Part shown: positions 1 to 12,722 of the stretch, piece after piece
Numbering within the stretch: position 1 is the first letter of the stretch
How the letters are laid out: each line of letters starts with the position of its first letter
Source: an uncultured Gemmatimonadales bacterium
GTDB taxonomy: Bacteria > Gemmatimonadota > Gemmatimonadetes > Longimicrobiales > RSA9
Assembly (NCBI GenBank): GCA_963708135.1
Contig: OY970192.1
Coordinates: 5,381,953 to 5,445,952 of the forward strand
Direction of reading: 5' to 3'
DNA: 64,000 nt
The notes under the pieces: generated by a model
Database searches by the model: none
Seen by the model: only the letters and a program-made list of their open reading frames with translations
Told to the model about the DNA's origin: nothing
Translations under genes and position numbers: made by a program

Positions 1-2187
<2,187 letters not shown>

Positions 2188-2215
2188 GCCGCGGCGGTGG
2201 GGGGACGCGGCGGGC

Positions 2216-4465
2216 CTACCGGTCCGCCGCCTTCTCCCGCGCCGCCTTCTCGAAGTGACTGCCGAACCAGTCGAAGATCCGCTGCCAGTGGTCCCTGAAA
2301 TCCTCCACGGTCCCGTTGCGCCCGGCGCCGTGTCCGGCGTGCTCGTACTGCACCCACACGGCTTCCTTCCCGAGGCGTCGCAGCGCGTAGTACATCTCCC
2401 GCTCGTTGGTGTCGGGCACGTTCCAGTCGGCCTTGCCGGTGAGCATCAGCAGCGGCGTGTGGATGCGGTCGGCGAACACGACCGCCGAATGCTGGATGTA
2501 TTTCAGCGGCGCCTGCCACAGTGTGGCGCCGATCCGGTCCTGCCCGTGCTCGGCGGCGTAGTAGTTCCGCGTGCCGATCTTGGGGCTGTCCCCGAGGAAG
2601 GAGATGATGTCGACCTTGCCGGAGATGTTCACGGCGGCGGCGAAGCGGTCGGTCTGGGTGATGAGCAGGTTGGTGGCGTAGCCGCCGTAGCTGGTGCCCT
2701 CGACGCCGAGCTTCGTGCCGTCCACCAGCCCTCGCTGCTCGAGGCTGTTGATGCCATCGGTGACGCCCTTCACCCACGCCTCGCCGGGGTAGCCGATGTG
2801 CAGCTTGACGGATGGCCGAAACATGAACCAGCCCTGCGCCGCGAGCAGGTTCATGTTCTCGTTGAAGCCGTTGTCGAAGAAGGTCTCGTAGATCTCCGCC
2901 ACCAGCGGGTACTTCTCTCCGGGCCGGTAATCGTATGGATAGTAGAGCACGCCATGGAGCTTCTTGCCGTCGACATCGAGATAGCTCACCAACTCGGAGC
3001 GCGCGAGCGCCACGCCCTCGAGCTGTGGGTTCAGCTCCGTGAGGGAGTGCGCAGCGGCGAAGTCGCGGCCGGCGGTCCAGATCTCATCGGGACGATTGCC
3101 GTCGGAGCGCTCGAACACGAAGCGCGAGCCGTCGTCGGATACGTGCCAGGAGCCGTACAGCCCGGTATCCTGCACGAGCTCGGTCGCCTTCCGCGTGCCG
3201 AGGTCGTAGCGCTCGAGACCGCGCGCCCAGCGGTCTCGAGCGGAGGTGGAGAGGAAGAGGTAGCGCCCGTCGCGGCTCCACCGCTCGAAGCTCCGCCGGG
3301 GCCGCGTCGCGGTGTCGGGGCTCATGGGATAGACCAGCGCCAGGGAGTCGCTGCGGACGTCCAGCAGGTGGTAGCCGTCCTGGGCGCTCACCAGCAGCGC
3401 CCGGCCGTCGGGACGCCAGGCGACGACCGAGTAGGCGAGCTTCATCGTGTCCGTTCCGGAGAGGGGCGTTCGGTAGCGCTGCGTCAGGTTACGCGCGCTG
3501 TCGGCGTCCACGAAACGCACGAAAACGTTTCCCTTGTCGGCGTATGCGAACGCGCTGGCGCCCTCGTTCCAATCCGGCGTCAGCCGGTGCTCGGCGGGTC
3601 TGACCAGCGTATCAGGCATGCTGCCCGGCGTCAGCCGGAGGCGGAAGACCCCGTACTCGGTCCCCGACTTCCGGTCGTACGACGTCCGCCTGGGCACGGC
3701 GGTGGAATAGGCGAGGTAGGAGCCGTCGGCGGAGAAGTGGGGGTCGCGGATCGGGGTTTCGGGAAGGATCTCACGCACGGCGCCGTCCGCAACGCTCACG
3801 AGGGCGGGGATCGAGCGGTCCCCGAGGTTCCGCACGCTGTCCCAGGCGAGGAAGGGCTGCCGGGCGTCGTGCACGACGATCTCGCCCCGGGACAGGTGCA
3901 GGAAGGCCTGCCGGGCGCCGCCGGCCCAACCGTCCGGGCGCAACGCGAGGAGCAACGAGCCGCCGTCCGGCGCCCACGCCAGGGGCGAGTTGGAGGCGAT
4001 CTGCTTGCTCGTGCGCAAGCGGATGCGCCGCGTACGGTCCGCGCCGACGTCGTGCACGTCGAGCGCCCAGCCGTCGCCCGTCCTGAGGAGGAAGGCGAGC
4101 CTGGCGCCGTCCTTCGAGAACGTGATGCCCCGTACCTGCACCTTGCCGGGGAAGATCTGCCGACTCCGTCCGGTGCTCGCGTCGAGCAGCTGGAATTCCA
4201 CGGGCGACGGCGCCACGTACGTCGGGTCGCCGAAGCGGGCGTTGTCGATGCCCAGCCGGTCCCGGCGGAGCTGCACGGTCAGCGCCACCCAGCGTCCGTC
4301 GCGGGAAACGTCGGCGATGCGGCCGGAGCGGACCGCGAGGGCATCCTCAATGGTGAAGCGGCGGCCGGATTGCTGGGCGAGGGCGGGCGAGCGGATCAGC
4401 GCGAGAGCGAAGATCGCGCGGGCGAGTGGGCGCAGGAGGGTGGAACGCGACCGTGGGCGGGACAT
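2216..4465 (-). CDS. Secreted S9 family (prolyl oligopeptidase/acylaminoacyl) peptidase
   Basis: Signal peptide (..SPALA|QQ), beta-propeller repeats, nucleophile GTSYGG, Asp in GKADWNV, His in AGHG; start placed at ATG 4465. Confidence 0.85.
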   Translation of the reverse strand: MSRPRSRSTLLRPLARAIFALALIRSPALAQQSGRRFTIEDALAVRSGRIADVSRDGRWVALTVQLRRDRLGIDNARFGDPTYVAPSPVEFQLLDASTGRSRQIFPGKVQVRGITFSKDGARLAFLLRTGDGWALDVHDVGADRTRRIRLRTSKQIASNSPLAWAPDGGSLLLALRPDGWAGGARQAFLHLSRGEIVVHDARQPFLAWDSVRNLGDRSIPALVSVADGAVREILPETPIRDPHFSADGSYLAYSTAVPRRTSYDRKSGTEYGVFRLRLTPGSMPDTLVRPAEHRLTPDWNEGASAFAYADKGNVFVRFVDADSARNLTQRYRTPLSGTDTMKLAYSVVAWRPDGRALLVSAQDGYHLLDVRSDSLALVYPMSPDTATRPRRSFERWSRDGRYLFLSTSARDRWARGLERYDLGTRKATELVQDTGLYGSWHVSDDGSRFVFERSDGNRPDEIWTAGRDFAAAHSLTELNPQLEGVALARSELVSYLDVDGKKLHGVLYYPYDYRPGEKYPLVAEIYETFFDNGFNENMNLLAAQGWFMFRPSVKLHIGYPGEAWVKGVTDGINSLEQRGLVDGTKLGVEGTSYGGYATNLLITQTDRFAAAVNISGKVDIISFLGDSPKIGTRNYYAAEHGQDRIGATLWQAPLKYIQHSAVVFADRIHTPLLMLTGKADWNVPDTNEREMYYALRRLGKEAVWVQYEHAGHGAGRNGTVEDFRDHWQRIFDWFGSHFEKAAREKAADR

Positions 4466-4573
4466 GACGCGGCTCCGTGTGCGGTGGACCGTTCGGGGAC
4501 CGCACGGAGGATGCGGGGCGACGAGGTGGCCGGCAAGCCGCCACACCTCGCCGGCCTCGCGTTGGCGGGTGCG

Positions 4574-6229
4574 CTAGCGCCTCTCGAACACCACCTTTCC
4601 GCCGACAATGGTTGCCATGACGCGGGCACTGGCGAGCGAGTCGGGCGGCATGGTAAAGAGATCGCGGTCGAGCACGTCGATATCGGCGAGCATGCCGGGA
4701 GCCAGGGTACCGCGCTTCTTCTCGGCGAAGACGGCGAAGGCGTTGCCCCAGGTGTAGGCCCGCAGGGCCTGGCCCACGGAGATCTTCTGCTCGGGAAGCC
4801 AGCCATCGGGGTTCTTCCCATCCAGCGTGCGGCGGGTGACCGCGGCGTAGACGCCGAGGATCGGATCCAGCGGCGCCACGGGCCAGTCAGAGCCGAAGGC
4901 CAGGACGGCGCTATCCTCGAGCAGTGAACGAAAGACGTAGCTGTCGTGCATCCGTTCGGGTCCGAGGCGCCCCTCGAGCCAGCGGCCGTCGTCGATGGCG
5001 TGATACGGCTGCATGGATGCGATGACGCCGAGCTCGTGGAACCTCGGCACATCCTGCGCGCGCAGGTGCTGCGCGTGCTCCATCCGAAACCGTCGGTCGC
5101 GCGGGCCGTGCGCTTTCGCCACGGAGTCGTACATCGCGAGGAGCATGGCGTTCGCCGAGTCGCCTATGGAATGGATGGCGAGCTGGAGCCCGGCCGAATC
5201 GGCCGCGCCGATCCAGCTCGCCATGTCCGCGGGGTCATGCTGCAACAGCCCGCGATAGCCCGCCGAGTCGGTGTAGGGTTGTGCCATGAACGCGGTGCGC
5301 GAGCCCGCCGACCCATCCATGAAGCGCTTCATCCCGCCAACGCGCACCCAGTCATCACCCGGGCCGTCGGCGCGCAGCGTGTCCGCCGTAGCGCGCCAGT
5401 CCTCCAGGATGTAGAGCACCGCTCTGAGCGTGAGGCGCCCGGCCCGTTGCATCCGCCGGAAGCTGGCGAGATCGGCCAACGTCGCGCTCATGTACGCGAC
5501 GCCCGTAAGCCCAAGCGAGTCGGCGTGCGCGAGGCCGCGTGCCAGGGCGGTGTCCATCTGGGCCGGCGTCGGGGCGGGGATCGCGTGGCCCACCAGGTCG
5601 AGCGCCGCATCCTTGAAGATGCCGGTCGGCTCGCCCGTCCTGGCGTCGTGCAGGACCTGCCCGCCGAAGGGTGTGGGCGTCCGTGCGGTGATGCCGGCCT
5701 CCTTCATGGCCAGCGCATTGGCCAGCGCCTCGTGTCCGTCGAGGCGCTCGATGAAGACGGGATTGTCCGGGGTGACCGAATCGATCCATTCGTGGCGGGG
5801 GAGCGTCTGCCCCGGCCAGCGTGTGTGGTCCCACTCGCCGCCGGTGATCCATTCACCGGGCTTCAGGCGCCGCGCGTATTCGGCGATCCGCCGGACGAAC
5901 TCCTGTGGCGTATCGGCGTCCCGCAGCTGCACGGAGGCGAGGCCGAAGCTGGCGTCGATGAAGTGCGTGTGACCGTCGTTGAAGCCGGGCATCACGAGTC
6001 CGTCGTGCGCGTCGATCACGCGCGTCCGCGGGCCAATGTAGCGGGCGGCGGTGGCGGAGTCGCCGACGGCCAGGATGGAGTCGCCACGAATGGCCACGAC
6101 CCCGGGCTCGGCCGGACCGGTGGATGCGCCGGTCCATACCATGCCGTGCGTGATGACGAGGTCGGCGGGCGCCGAGGGTGCGCACGCGACGAGGGTGATC
6201 AGCAGGGCCAGCGGGCTCGCTCGCTTCAT
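4574..6229 (-). CDS. Amidohydrolase 3 family (YtcJ-like) lipoprotein
   Basis: Lipobox LVAC; PGFNDGHTH, IHSIGD, RMEHAQ, FGSDWP motifs. Confidence 0.88.
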   Translation of the reverse strand: MKRASPLALLITLVACAPSAPADLVITHGMVWTGASTGPAEPGVVAIRGDSILAVGDSATAARYIGPRTRVIDAHDGLVMPGFNDGHTHFIDASFGLASVQLRDADTPQEFVRRIAEYARRLKPGEWITGGEWDHTRWPGQTLPRHEWIDSVTPDNPVFIERLDGHEALANALAMKEAGITARTPTPFGGQVLHDARTGEPTGIFKDAALDLVGHAIPAPTPAQMDTALARGLAHADSLGLTGVAYMSATLADLASFRRMQRAGRLTLRAVLYILEDWRATADTLRADGPGDDWVRVGGMKRFMDGSAGSRTAFMAQPYTDSAGYRGLLQHDPADMASWIGAADSAGLQLAIHSIGDSANAMLLAMYDSVAKAHGPRDRRFRMEHAQHLRAQDVPRFHELGVIASMQPYHAIDDGRWLEGRLGPERMHDSYVFRSLLEDSAVLAFGSDWPVAPLDPILGVYAAVTRRTLDGKNPDGWLPEQKISVGQALRAYTWGNAFAVFAEKKRGTLAPGMLADIDVLDRDLFTMPPDSLASARVMATIVGGKVVFERR

Positions 6230-6257
6230 CGCGTTGGATCCTCCGTCGTGCGGCGCA

Positions 6258-8759
6258 TCACACGACCAGGTTGATCAGTCTGTCGGGTACGAAGATGGTC
6301 TTCCGGATCGCGCCGCCGTCGATGTAGCGGCGGACGTTGTCGTCGGCGAGGGCGGCGGAGCGGGCGTCATCCTCGGCCACGCCGCGCGGCATGGGCATGC
6401 GCGCGCGCACCTTGCCGTTGACCTGCACGACGAACTCGACCTCGTCGGTGGTGGCCTTGGCGGGGTCGTAGCTCGGCCAGCGCGCGGTCTCGAAGAGGGA
6501 GCCCTCGTGCCCGAGCCGCTCCCACAGCTCCTCGGCCAGGTGCGGCGCGAACGGCGCGATGAGGAGCGGCAGCGGCTCGACTTCCTCGCGGTTCACCCGG
6601 CGGCCCTCCTCCCGCACCGCGTTCAGGTACTCCATCATCGCCGCGATGGCCGTGTTGTAGCGGAGCGCGGCGATGTCCTCGGTCACCTTGCGGATGGTGG
6701 CGTGCAGCTTCTGCTCGAGGGGTCCCGCGAGCCGCTCCGAGCCGAGCGCCTCGACGGGGACGATGCTGTCCCAGAGGCGGCCGAGGAATCCGGCCGGGCC
6801 CTGGAGACCCTGGTCGCGGAAGTCGCCGCCCTCCTGGTACGGCCCGAGGAACATGAGGTAGGTGCGGAAGGCGTCCGCGCCCCAGCGCTCGATGTACTCG
6901 TCCGGCACCACGACATTGCCGCGGCTCTTCGACATCTTCGCACCATCCTTGATGATCAGCCCGTGCTTGCGGAAGGTGGCGTACGGCTCCTCGAACGTGA
7001 GGTGGCCGAGGTCGTGGAGCACCATGGTGGTGAAGCGGCTGTAGAGCAGGTGCAGCACCGAGTGCTCCTCGCCGCCGATGTAGCTGGCCACGGGGAGCCA
7101 TTTCTCCGTGAGCTCGGGATCGAACGGCACGTCCTCGCGGTTGGCGGACGGGTAGCGCAGGAAATACCAGGCGCTGTCGAGGAACGTGTCGCTCACGTCG
7201 GTCTCGCGCCGGGCCTCCGCGCCGCAGCGCGGGCACGGCACGCGGTACCATTCCTCCACGCGGGCCAGCGGTGAGACGCCGCTCTCGTCGGGCTTGTAGT
7301 TCTCGACGTACGGCAGCACGACCGGCAGATCGGGCACGGGCACGGGCACGGTGCCGCAGGCATCGCAGTAGATGATCGGGATCGGCGGCCCCCAGTAGCG
7401 CTGGCGCGAGATGCACCAGTCGTGGAGGCGGTAGTTCACGCGGGCCTCGCCCAGGCCGCGCTCCTCGAGCCACTCGGTGATGGCCCGCCGGCCCTCCTCC
7501 CACGGCAGCCCCGAGAACTGGCCGGAGTCGGTCAGCACGCCATCGCCGGTGTAGGCTTCGCGCAGCTCCGCGAATGGCACCGCCTCGCCCTCCCCGTCCA
7601 CGGGGGCGATCACGGGGCGGATCGGCAGCCCGTACTTGCGGGCGAACTCGAAGTCGCGCTCGTCGTGGGCGGGCACGGCCATGATGGCGCCGGTGCCGTA
7701 CTCCATGAGCACGTAATCGGCGACCCAGACGGGGATGTCCTCGCCGGTGGCCGGGTTGACGCAGTAGCCGCCGGTGAAGACGCCGGTCTTCTCCTTCTCG
7801 GCCTTCCTGCGCGAGACGAGGTCCATGGCGGCCGCCTGCCGGCGGTACTCCTCGACGACGGGGCGCTGCTCCTGGGATATGAAGCGCTCGAGGAGCGGGT
7901 GCTCGGGCGCGAGCACCATGAAAGTGGCGCCGAAGAGCGTGTCGGGCCGGGTCGTGAAGACGGCGACGAGAGGCGGCTCACCGTGCAGCTGCGCACTTTC
8001 GTGGCGGTCCTCGGCCACCTTGCGGCGGGCGATGGGGAAGCGGACCTCGGCGCCCTCGCTGCGGCCGATCCAGTTCTCCTGCGCCTTCCTGGTGGTCTCG
8101 GACCAGTCGATCCAGGAGAGGTTCTCGAGCAGCCGCTTCGCGTATTTCGTGATGCGGAAGAACCACTGCGCGAGGAAGCGCTGCTCGACGGGGGTGCCGC
8201 AACGCTCGCACGCGCCGGCGATCACCTGCTCGTTGGCGAGGACGGTGTGGCAGGAGGGGCACCAGTTGACGGGCGCCTCCTGCTTCTCGGCGAGCCCCGC
8301 CTCGTAGAGCTGGAGGAAGAGCCACTGGGTCCACTTGTAGTAGCGCGTATCGGTGGTGTCGACCGTGTGGTTCCAGTCGTACATCGCGCCGATGCGCCTG
8401 AGCTGCCGCGTGAAGTTGCGGATGTTGCGGGGAATCAGCTCCATCGGGTGGGTGCCGATCCTGAGGGCGTAGTTCTCCGAGTGGATGCCGAAGGCGTCGA
8501 AGCCGATCGGCTCGAAGACGGTCTTCCCCCGCAGCCGCTGGTAGCGGCCGTAGATGTCGGCGCCCGTGAAGGCGTAGATGTTCCCGACGTGCAGCCCCTC
8601 GGCGGAGGGGTAGGGGAACATCATCAGGTTGTAGAAGGGATCGGCCGCGTCGCGGAGCTGCTCATCCGTGAAGGTATTGGTGCCGCGCTCCGCCCACCGC
8701 CGCTGCCACTTCTCCTCGATGCCCGTCGGGTCGTAGTCGGTCCCGCTGGTGTCGCTCAT
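6258..8759 (-). CDS. leuS: Leucine--tRNA ligase
   Basis: MFPYPS, HVGN (HIGH), FTTRPDT editing motif, SRQRYWG, KMSKS, VQVNGK. Confidence 0.98.
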   Translation of the reverse strand: MSDTSGTDYDPTGIEEKWQRRWAERGTNTFTDEQLRDAADPFYNLMMFPYPSAEGLHVGNIYAFTGADIYGRYQRLRGKTVFEPIGFDAFGIHSENYALRIGTHPMELIPRNIRNFTRQLRRIGAMYDWNHTVDTTDTRYYKWTQWLFLQLYEAGLAEKQEAPVNWCPSCHTVLANEQVIAGACERCGTPVEQRFLAQWFFRITKYAKRLLENLSWIDWSETTRKAQENWIGRSEGAEVRFPIARRKVAEDRHESAQLHGEPPLVAVFTTRPDTLFGATFMVLAPEHPLLERFISQEQRPVVEEYRRQAAAMDLVSRRKAEKEKTGVFTGGYCVNPATGEDIPVWVADYVLMEYGTGAIMAVPAHDERDFEFARKYGLPIRPVIAPVDGEGEAVPFAELREAYTGDGVLTDSGQFSGLPWEEGRRAITEWLEERGLGEARVNYRLHDWCISRQRYWGPPIPIIYCDACGTVPVPVPDLPVVLPYVENYKPDESGVSPLARVEEWYRVPCPRCGAEARRETDVSDTFLDSAWYFLRYPSANREDVPFDPELTEKWLPVASYIGGEEHSVLHLLYSRFTTMVLHDLGHLTFEEPYATFRKHGLIIKDGAKMSKSRGNVVVPDEYIERWGADAFRTYLMFLGPYQEGGDFRDQGLQGPAGFLGRLWDSIVPVEALGSERLAGPLEQKLHATIRKVTEDIAALRYNTAIAAMMEYLNAVREEGRRVNREEVEPLPLLIAPFAPHLAEELWERLGHEGSLFETARWPSYDPAKATTDEVEFVVQVNGKVRARMPMPRGVAEDDARSAALADDNVRRYIDGGAIRKTIFVPDRLINLVV

Positions 8760-8794
8760 CTGCCGTCCGTCGTTCCGGTCGTGGGGAACCGAAA

Positions 8795-8823
8795 AATATA
8801 GCGGGCGGCGGAAGCCCGATCAA
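8795..8823 (-). promoter_or_regulatory. Putative sigma70-type promoter for leuS
   Basis: Minus-strand TTGATC-N17-TATATT, 35 nt upstream of the leuS ATG. Confidence 0.55.
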
Positions 8824-11336
8824 TCGACGCGGTCGGCGAAGGTGCGCTCCAGGACGGCGGGCACGGGCGGGTTGGCGAGGCCGAGGACGAGGAGGTCCTG
8901 CTGCCTCAGCTCGTAGAGCGTGGCGGGGGTCACGGCGCGGATCGTGGCCTTGCGGCGGCCGGCGGCGAGCACGGCGGTCTCGCCGAAGAAGTCGCCGGCG
9001 ACGAGGGTCGCGACGGCCTCGTCGCCGCCGCCGTCACCGTGGCGGAGCACGCGCGCGACGCCGCGGGCGAGGAGGAAGAGCGAGTCCGCGGGGGCGTCCT
9101 CGGCCACGATGACCTCGTCGGCGCCGAAGGCACGGGGGCGGAGCAGCTCGGCGATGCGGGCGAGCTCGGTTTCGGGCAGCCCGCCAAAGAGCGGGACGCG
9201 GTGGAGCAGCTCGACGGGCGTGGCGTCGAGGGCGTCGATCGACCCGGCCGGACCGGTGTCGCGGCGGCGCTCGACGCCGTTCCGGAGGGCACGCGCCTGC
9301 CCCTGCGGCAGGACCTCGAGGGCCTCGAGCTCATCGAGCACCTGCTCCTCGGCGCGCAGGCAGAAGCGGTTGGCCAGGAGCTGCTGCGAGCGCGAGGCGT
9401 ACTCGGGGAATCGGTCGGCAATGCGGTCGAGCGACTGGCGGCCGTTGCTGTTCCAGAGCTGGAAGAGCGCGCGCACCTGGAGCAGCCCATCGGCGGATCC
9501 CTCCTCCAGCGCGGCGGCGTCGATGGCGCCGAGCACGCGGTCGCTGGCGACGACGCGGGCGCGGAAGGTCTCGTAGAGCTCGGCGATGCGCTGGAGCCGC
9601 CTGCGGCGGAGCGCGGCGCTTTCGGGGACGACGCGGTCGAGCAGGTCGAGGAAGGCGGTCTCGGCGCGGCCGCGGCGGGGCGAGAGAGCGCTCCAGGCGG
9701 GGAGCCCGGCGGGGGAACGCAGGGCATCGACCTGCACGTTGACGGAATGCTGGAGATCGCGGGCCACCCGCTCCGATACCTGACCGTTCTGGAAGAGGTC
9801 GAGGTAGACCTGCTTCTCGAGGAGGAGGAAGCGCCGCTTGAGCAGCGTGAGCTCCTCCTCGCGCTCGAGCAGGCCGCGCTCGCGGAGGCTCTCGAGCCGC
9901 TCGCGGGCCGCGGCCTCCTCGCGGGCGTACTCCTCGTCGAGGCGGCCGATCAGGCGGTCCCCGACCATGCCGCCATGGCGGAGCTGGGGGAGGCGCTCGC
10001 GCGCGCGCTGCTTGGCGGCGAGCAGGCTGGTGTCGCGCACGTACTGGTCGGAGGGGTTGGCGCGGCCGAGGCCGAGCGCGCGGGCGAGCATTCCGAGGGT
10101 CGGCGCCTGGACGATGGCTCCGATGAGGGCGGTGCCGACGACGAGACCGAGGAGGATCTCGCGATAGGCGAAGTCCACGGGCAGGGCGAGCACGAGCAGC
10201 AGCGCGACGGGCCCGTCCATGGTGCCCCACGCCAGCAGTGCCTGGTGGCGGAGCTCGGCCGGATTGCCGCCGAAGAAGCGCTCGTGCAGGTGGAAGAGGC
10301 CGAAGACGGTGGCGGCGCGGGCGAGGAGCCAGAGGCCGGCGGCGGCGGCGATGGTGCCGAGCAGCGGCGGCAGCGCCCCGTCGGGCAGGAGGAGCCCTAC
10401 GCCGACGAGGACGACCGCCTCGACCGCGATGGCGAGGAAGGTCCAGAACTCGCTGACGGCGTGCAGCGTGGCCGGCTCGAAGCGGGCGCGGCCGGCGCCG
10501 CCCAGCGCGAGGCCGGCGCCGGCGGCGGCGACGACGCCGTTGACGTCGAGGAGCAGGGAGGCGACGACCGCGCTGTACGCCGCGGCGGCGGTGAGCAGCA
10601 CGGCGAGGGCGCGCTCCCGTTCGAGGCGGTGGACGAGGCGGCCGAACAGCCACCCGATGAGCATGCCGGCGATCAGGGCGCCGGCGAGGCTGACGATGAG
10701 GGCGCCCGCGTCCCCGAGCAGCAGCCGCTCGAGCGCGGGGCCGTTGGCCCCGCCGGCGAGCGCATCCGCGGCGGGCGTGGGCCGGCCGGCGCCGCGCAGC
10801 CCCGCGAGCAGTACGGCGGCGAGCACCACCGTCGTCGCCTGGCGGAACAGCTCCTCGCCGCGCGCGACGGTCATGACCCGGCGCGGGACGCCGAGGTCGC
10901 GGAAGAGCGTGTGCACCTCGGGCGTCCCGGCGGCGGCGAGAAGGGCGGCGGCGAGGAGCGCGACGGGGAGCGGCAGTTCGGCGGCCCCGGCAAGGGGGAG
11001 GCCGACCGCCGGCACCGCGAGGAGCGCCCCGCCCAGGCCGACGGCCAGGACGGGGCGGATGTTGCGCGCGAGCAGCGGGGTGTCGATGGCGAACGCGGTG
11101 CGGAACAGGAGGACCGGCAGCAGGACGTCGAGCGCCAGCTCGGGCGCGATGTGGAACGCGGCCACGGCGGAGAGGACGCCGAATCGGTGCGCGACGGCGC
11201 CGAGCCCGAGTCCGCCCAGCAGCAGGGCGGCGGGGAGAAGGGGACGGGAGCGGCGCACGGCGATGTAGGCGACGGTCACCGTGGCCAGGAGCACCACGAG
11301 TGGCAGCAACGCGGTCAGCGCGGGGCGATCAGGCAT
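8820..11336 (-). CDS. CPA1 (NhaP-like) cation:proton antiporter-fold protein with C-terminal cyclic-nucleotide-binding domain
   Basis: About 12 hydrophobic helices, a helical cytoplasmic region, and a cNMP domain (GDFFGE..RKATIRA); canonical TDP/ND/RG motifs are altered. Confidence 0.82.
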   Translation of the reverse strand: MPDRPALTALLPLVVLLATVTVAYIAVRRSRPLLPAALLLGGLGLGAVAHRFGVLSAVAAFHIAPELALDVLLPVLLFRTAFAIDTPLLARNIRPVLAVGLGGALLAVPAVGLPLAGAAELPLPVALLAAALLAAAGTPEVHTLFRDLGVPRRVMTVARGEELFRQATTVVLAAVLLAGLRGAGRPTPAADALAGGANGPALERLLLGDAGALIVSLAGALIAGMLIGWLFGRLVHRLERERALAVLLTAAAAYSAVVASLLLDVNGVVAAAGAGLALGGAGRARFEPATLHAVSEFWTFLAIAVEAVVLVGVGLLLPDGALPPLLGTIAAAAGLWLLARAATVFGLFHLHERFFGGNPAELRHQALLAWGTMDGPVALLLVLALPVDFAYREILLGLVVGTALIGAIVQAPTLGMLARALGLGRANPSDQYVRDTSLLAAKQRARERLPQLRHGGMVGDRLIGRLDEEYAREEAAARERLESLRERGLLEREEELTLLKRRFLLLEKQVYLDLFQNGQVSERVARDLQHSVNVQVDALRSPAGLPAWSALSPRRGRAETAFLDLLDRVVPESAALRRRRLQRIAELYETFRARVVASDRVLGAIDAAALEEGSADGLLQVRALFQLWNSNGRQSLDRIADRFPEYASRSQQLLANRFCLRAEEQVLDELEALEVLPQGQARALRNGVERRRDTGPAGSIDALDATPVELLHRVPLFGGLPETELARIAELLRPRAFGADEVIVAEDAPADSLFLLARGVARVLRHGDGGGDEAVATLVAGDFFGETAVLAAGRRKATIRAVTPATLYELRQQDLLVLGLANPPVPAVLERTFADRVD

Positions 11337-11439
11337 GGGATGTACCCGCGGGATGAGCGTGAACGTCGGCGGGCTTCGCTGTCCCGAAAGTAGGGCGGCG
11401 CCGCGCCGAGCGGAAGGATCGCGTGATGGGAGGGGCGCG

Positions 11440-12519
11440 TCAGCGCGGCGGCGGCGCGGGTGCCAGGGCCGCGACGGCGGCGAAGGGGTGGTCGTGGTCG
11501 GCGCCGGCGGCGGCGACGATGGCGCGGATGGTGGCGGGCAGATCGCGTCCCATGCGGTCGTAGGCGGCCTCGAAGACGTCCAGCCGGTCGTAGTAGAGCC
11601 GACGCGCGATGAGGCTGGCGTTGTTGAGCTCCATGCGCCGGCCGTAGCCGCGGTAGGTGGGGGTCACGAGCTGCGGCTCGATGTCCGTCGTCCAGCGGGA
11701 GCGGGCCTCGTCGAAGACGCGCTGGCGCCGGCGCAGTCGCTCGGCAGGCGGCGCGGCGGTGTCGGCGTAGACGGCCTCCAGGCGGTGCACGAGGCCCGTG
11801 AGGAAGCGGCCGAAGACGAGGTCGTCGTGCCAGTCGCCGCGGGCGCGGAGGCACGAGGCAGCGGCGTCGCCTTCGACCTGGCAGAAGTAGTCGATGGCGC
11901 CGCGCCCGCCCACGAAATTGGCCAGGCTCTCGTTGAAGGAGACGTGGCTGGGGACGAAGATCGTGTTGTGGGTGGTCTCGTGGATGACGGTGTTCACGAG
12001 GTCGATGTCGCCGTAGCGGAGCACGGTGGAGAGCAGCGGGTCGTTGAACCAGCCGAGCGTGCTGAATGCGCTGGTCGGGCGGACGTAGGCGTCGTAGCCG
12101 CGCGCCTCGAGCTTGCGCGCCTGGGCGCGGGCCTCATCGAAGTCGAAGAACCCCTTGTAGGGAACGCGGCCGACGATCGGGAACCACCAGGTGATTTCGC
12201 GGAAGCTCAGCTTGGGCGCGGCGGAGAGCACGAGCATGAGCGTGTCGTGCTCGACCCGGGAGAAGGTGGTGAAGCTCTGGCCCACGCGCAGCCCGAGCAC
12301 GTGATGGGCGAAGGCGCGCGCGTGGAGCACGAGCTCGAGCTTCTCGCGCGTGGCCGTGGGAGTGGCGGGATCGGCGACGACGCGCGGGATCGGCCGCCGC
12401 CGGCTGAGGATGCGCGCCTCGGCGAAGCCCGCGCGGATGACGTAGACGGGGGAGCAGGCGGCCAGCAGCGCGACGGCGAGGGCGAGGCCGAGGAGGCGGT
12501 GCAGGTGGCGTCTCTTCAT
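11440..12519 (-). CDS. Putative Zn-dependent aminopeptidase lipoprotein (DUF2265-like)
   Basis: Lipobox LAAC; WWFPIVGRVPYKGFF, STLGWFNDP, IHETTH..FNESLA (HExxH+E). Confidence 0.85.
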   Translation of the reverse strand: MKRRHLHRLLGLALAVALLAACSPVYVIRAGFAEARILSRRRPIPRVVADPATPTATREKLELVLHARAFAHHVLGLRVGQSFTTFSRVEHDTLMLVLSAAPKLSFREITWWFPIVGRVPYKGFFDFDEARAQARKLEARGYDAYVRPTSAFSTLGWFNDPLLSTVLRYGDIDLVNTVIHETTHNTIFVPSHVSFNESLANFVGGRGAIDYFCQVEGDAAASCLRARGDWHDDLVFGRFLTGLVHRLEAVYADTAAPPAERLRRRQRVFDEARSRWTTDIEPQLVTPTYRGYGRRMELNNASLIARRLYYDRLDVFEAAYDRMGRDLPATIRAIVAAAGADHDHPFAAVAALAPAPPPR

Positions 12520-12722
12520 GGCATCCGATCGGCCGGCGGCCCATCCGCCGGCCCCGGATTGTGCCGCGCGGCCGGGCGTCCGGCAAGGGAGCGGTGGCGG
12601 GCGGATGGCGGGACGCGGGTATGGTTTATGCCGCCCGGGAAGCGACTTACCCGCCGTCGCCAGGGGCGGGGACGCTCCCGCACCCCCCGGGGTGCATTCG
12701 AACCGCGGCGAGAACGTCCCGC

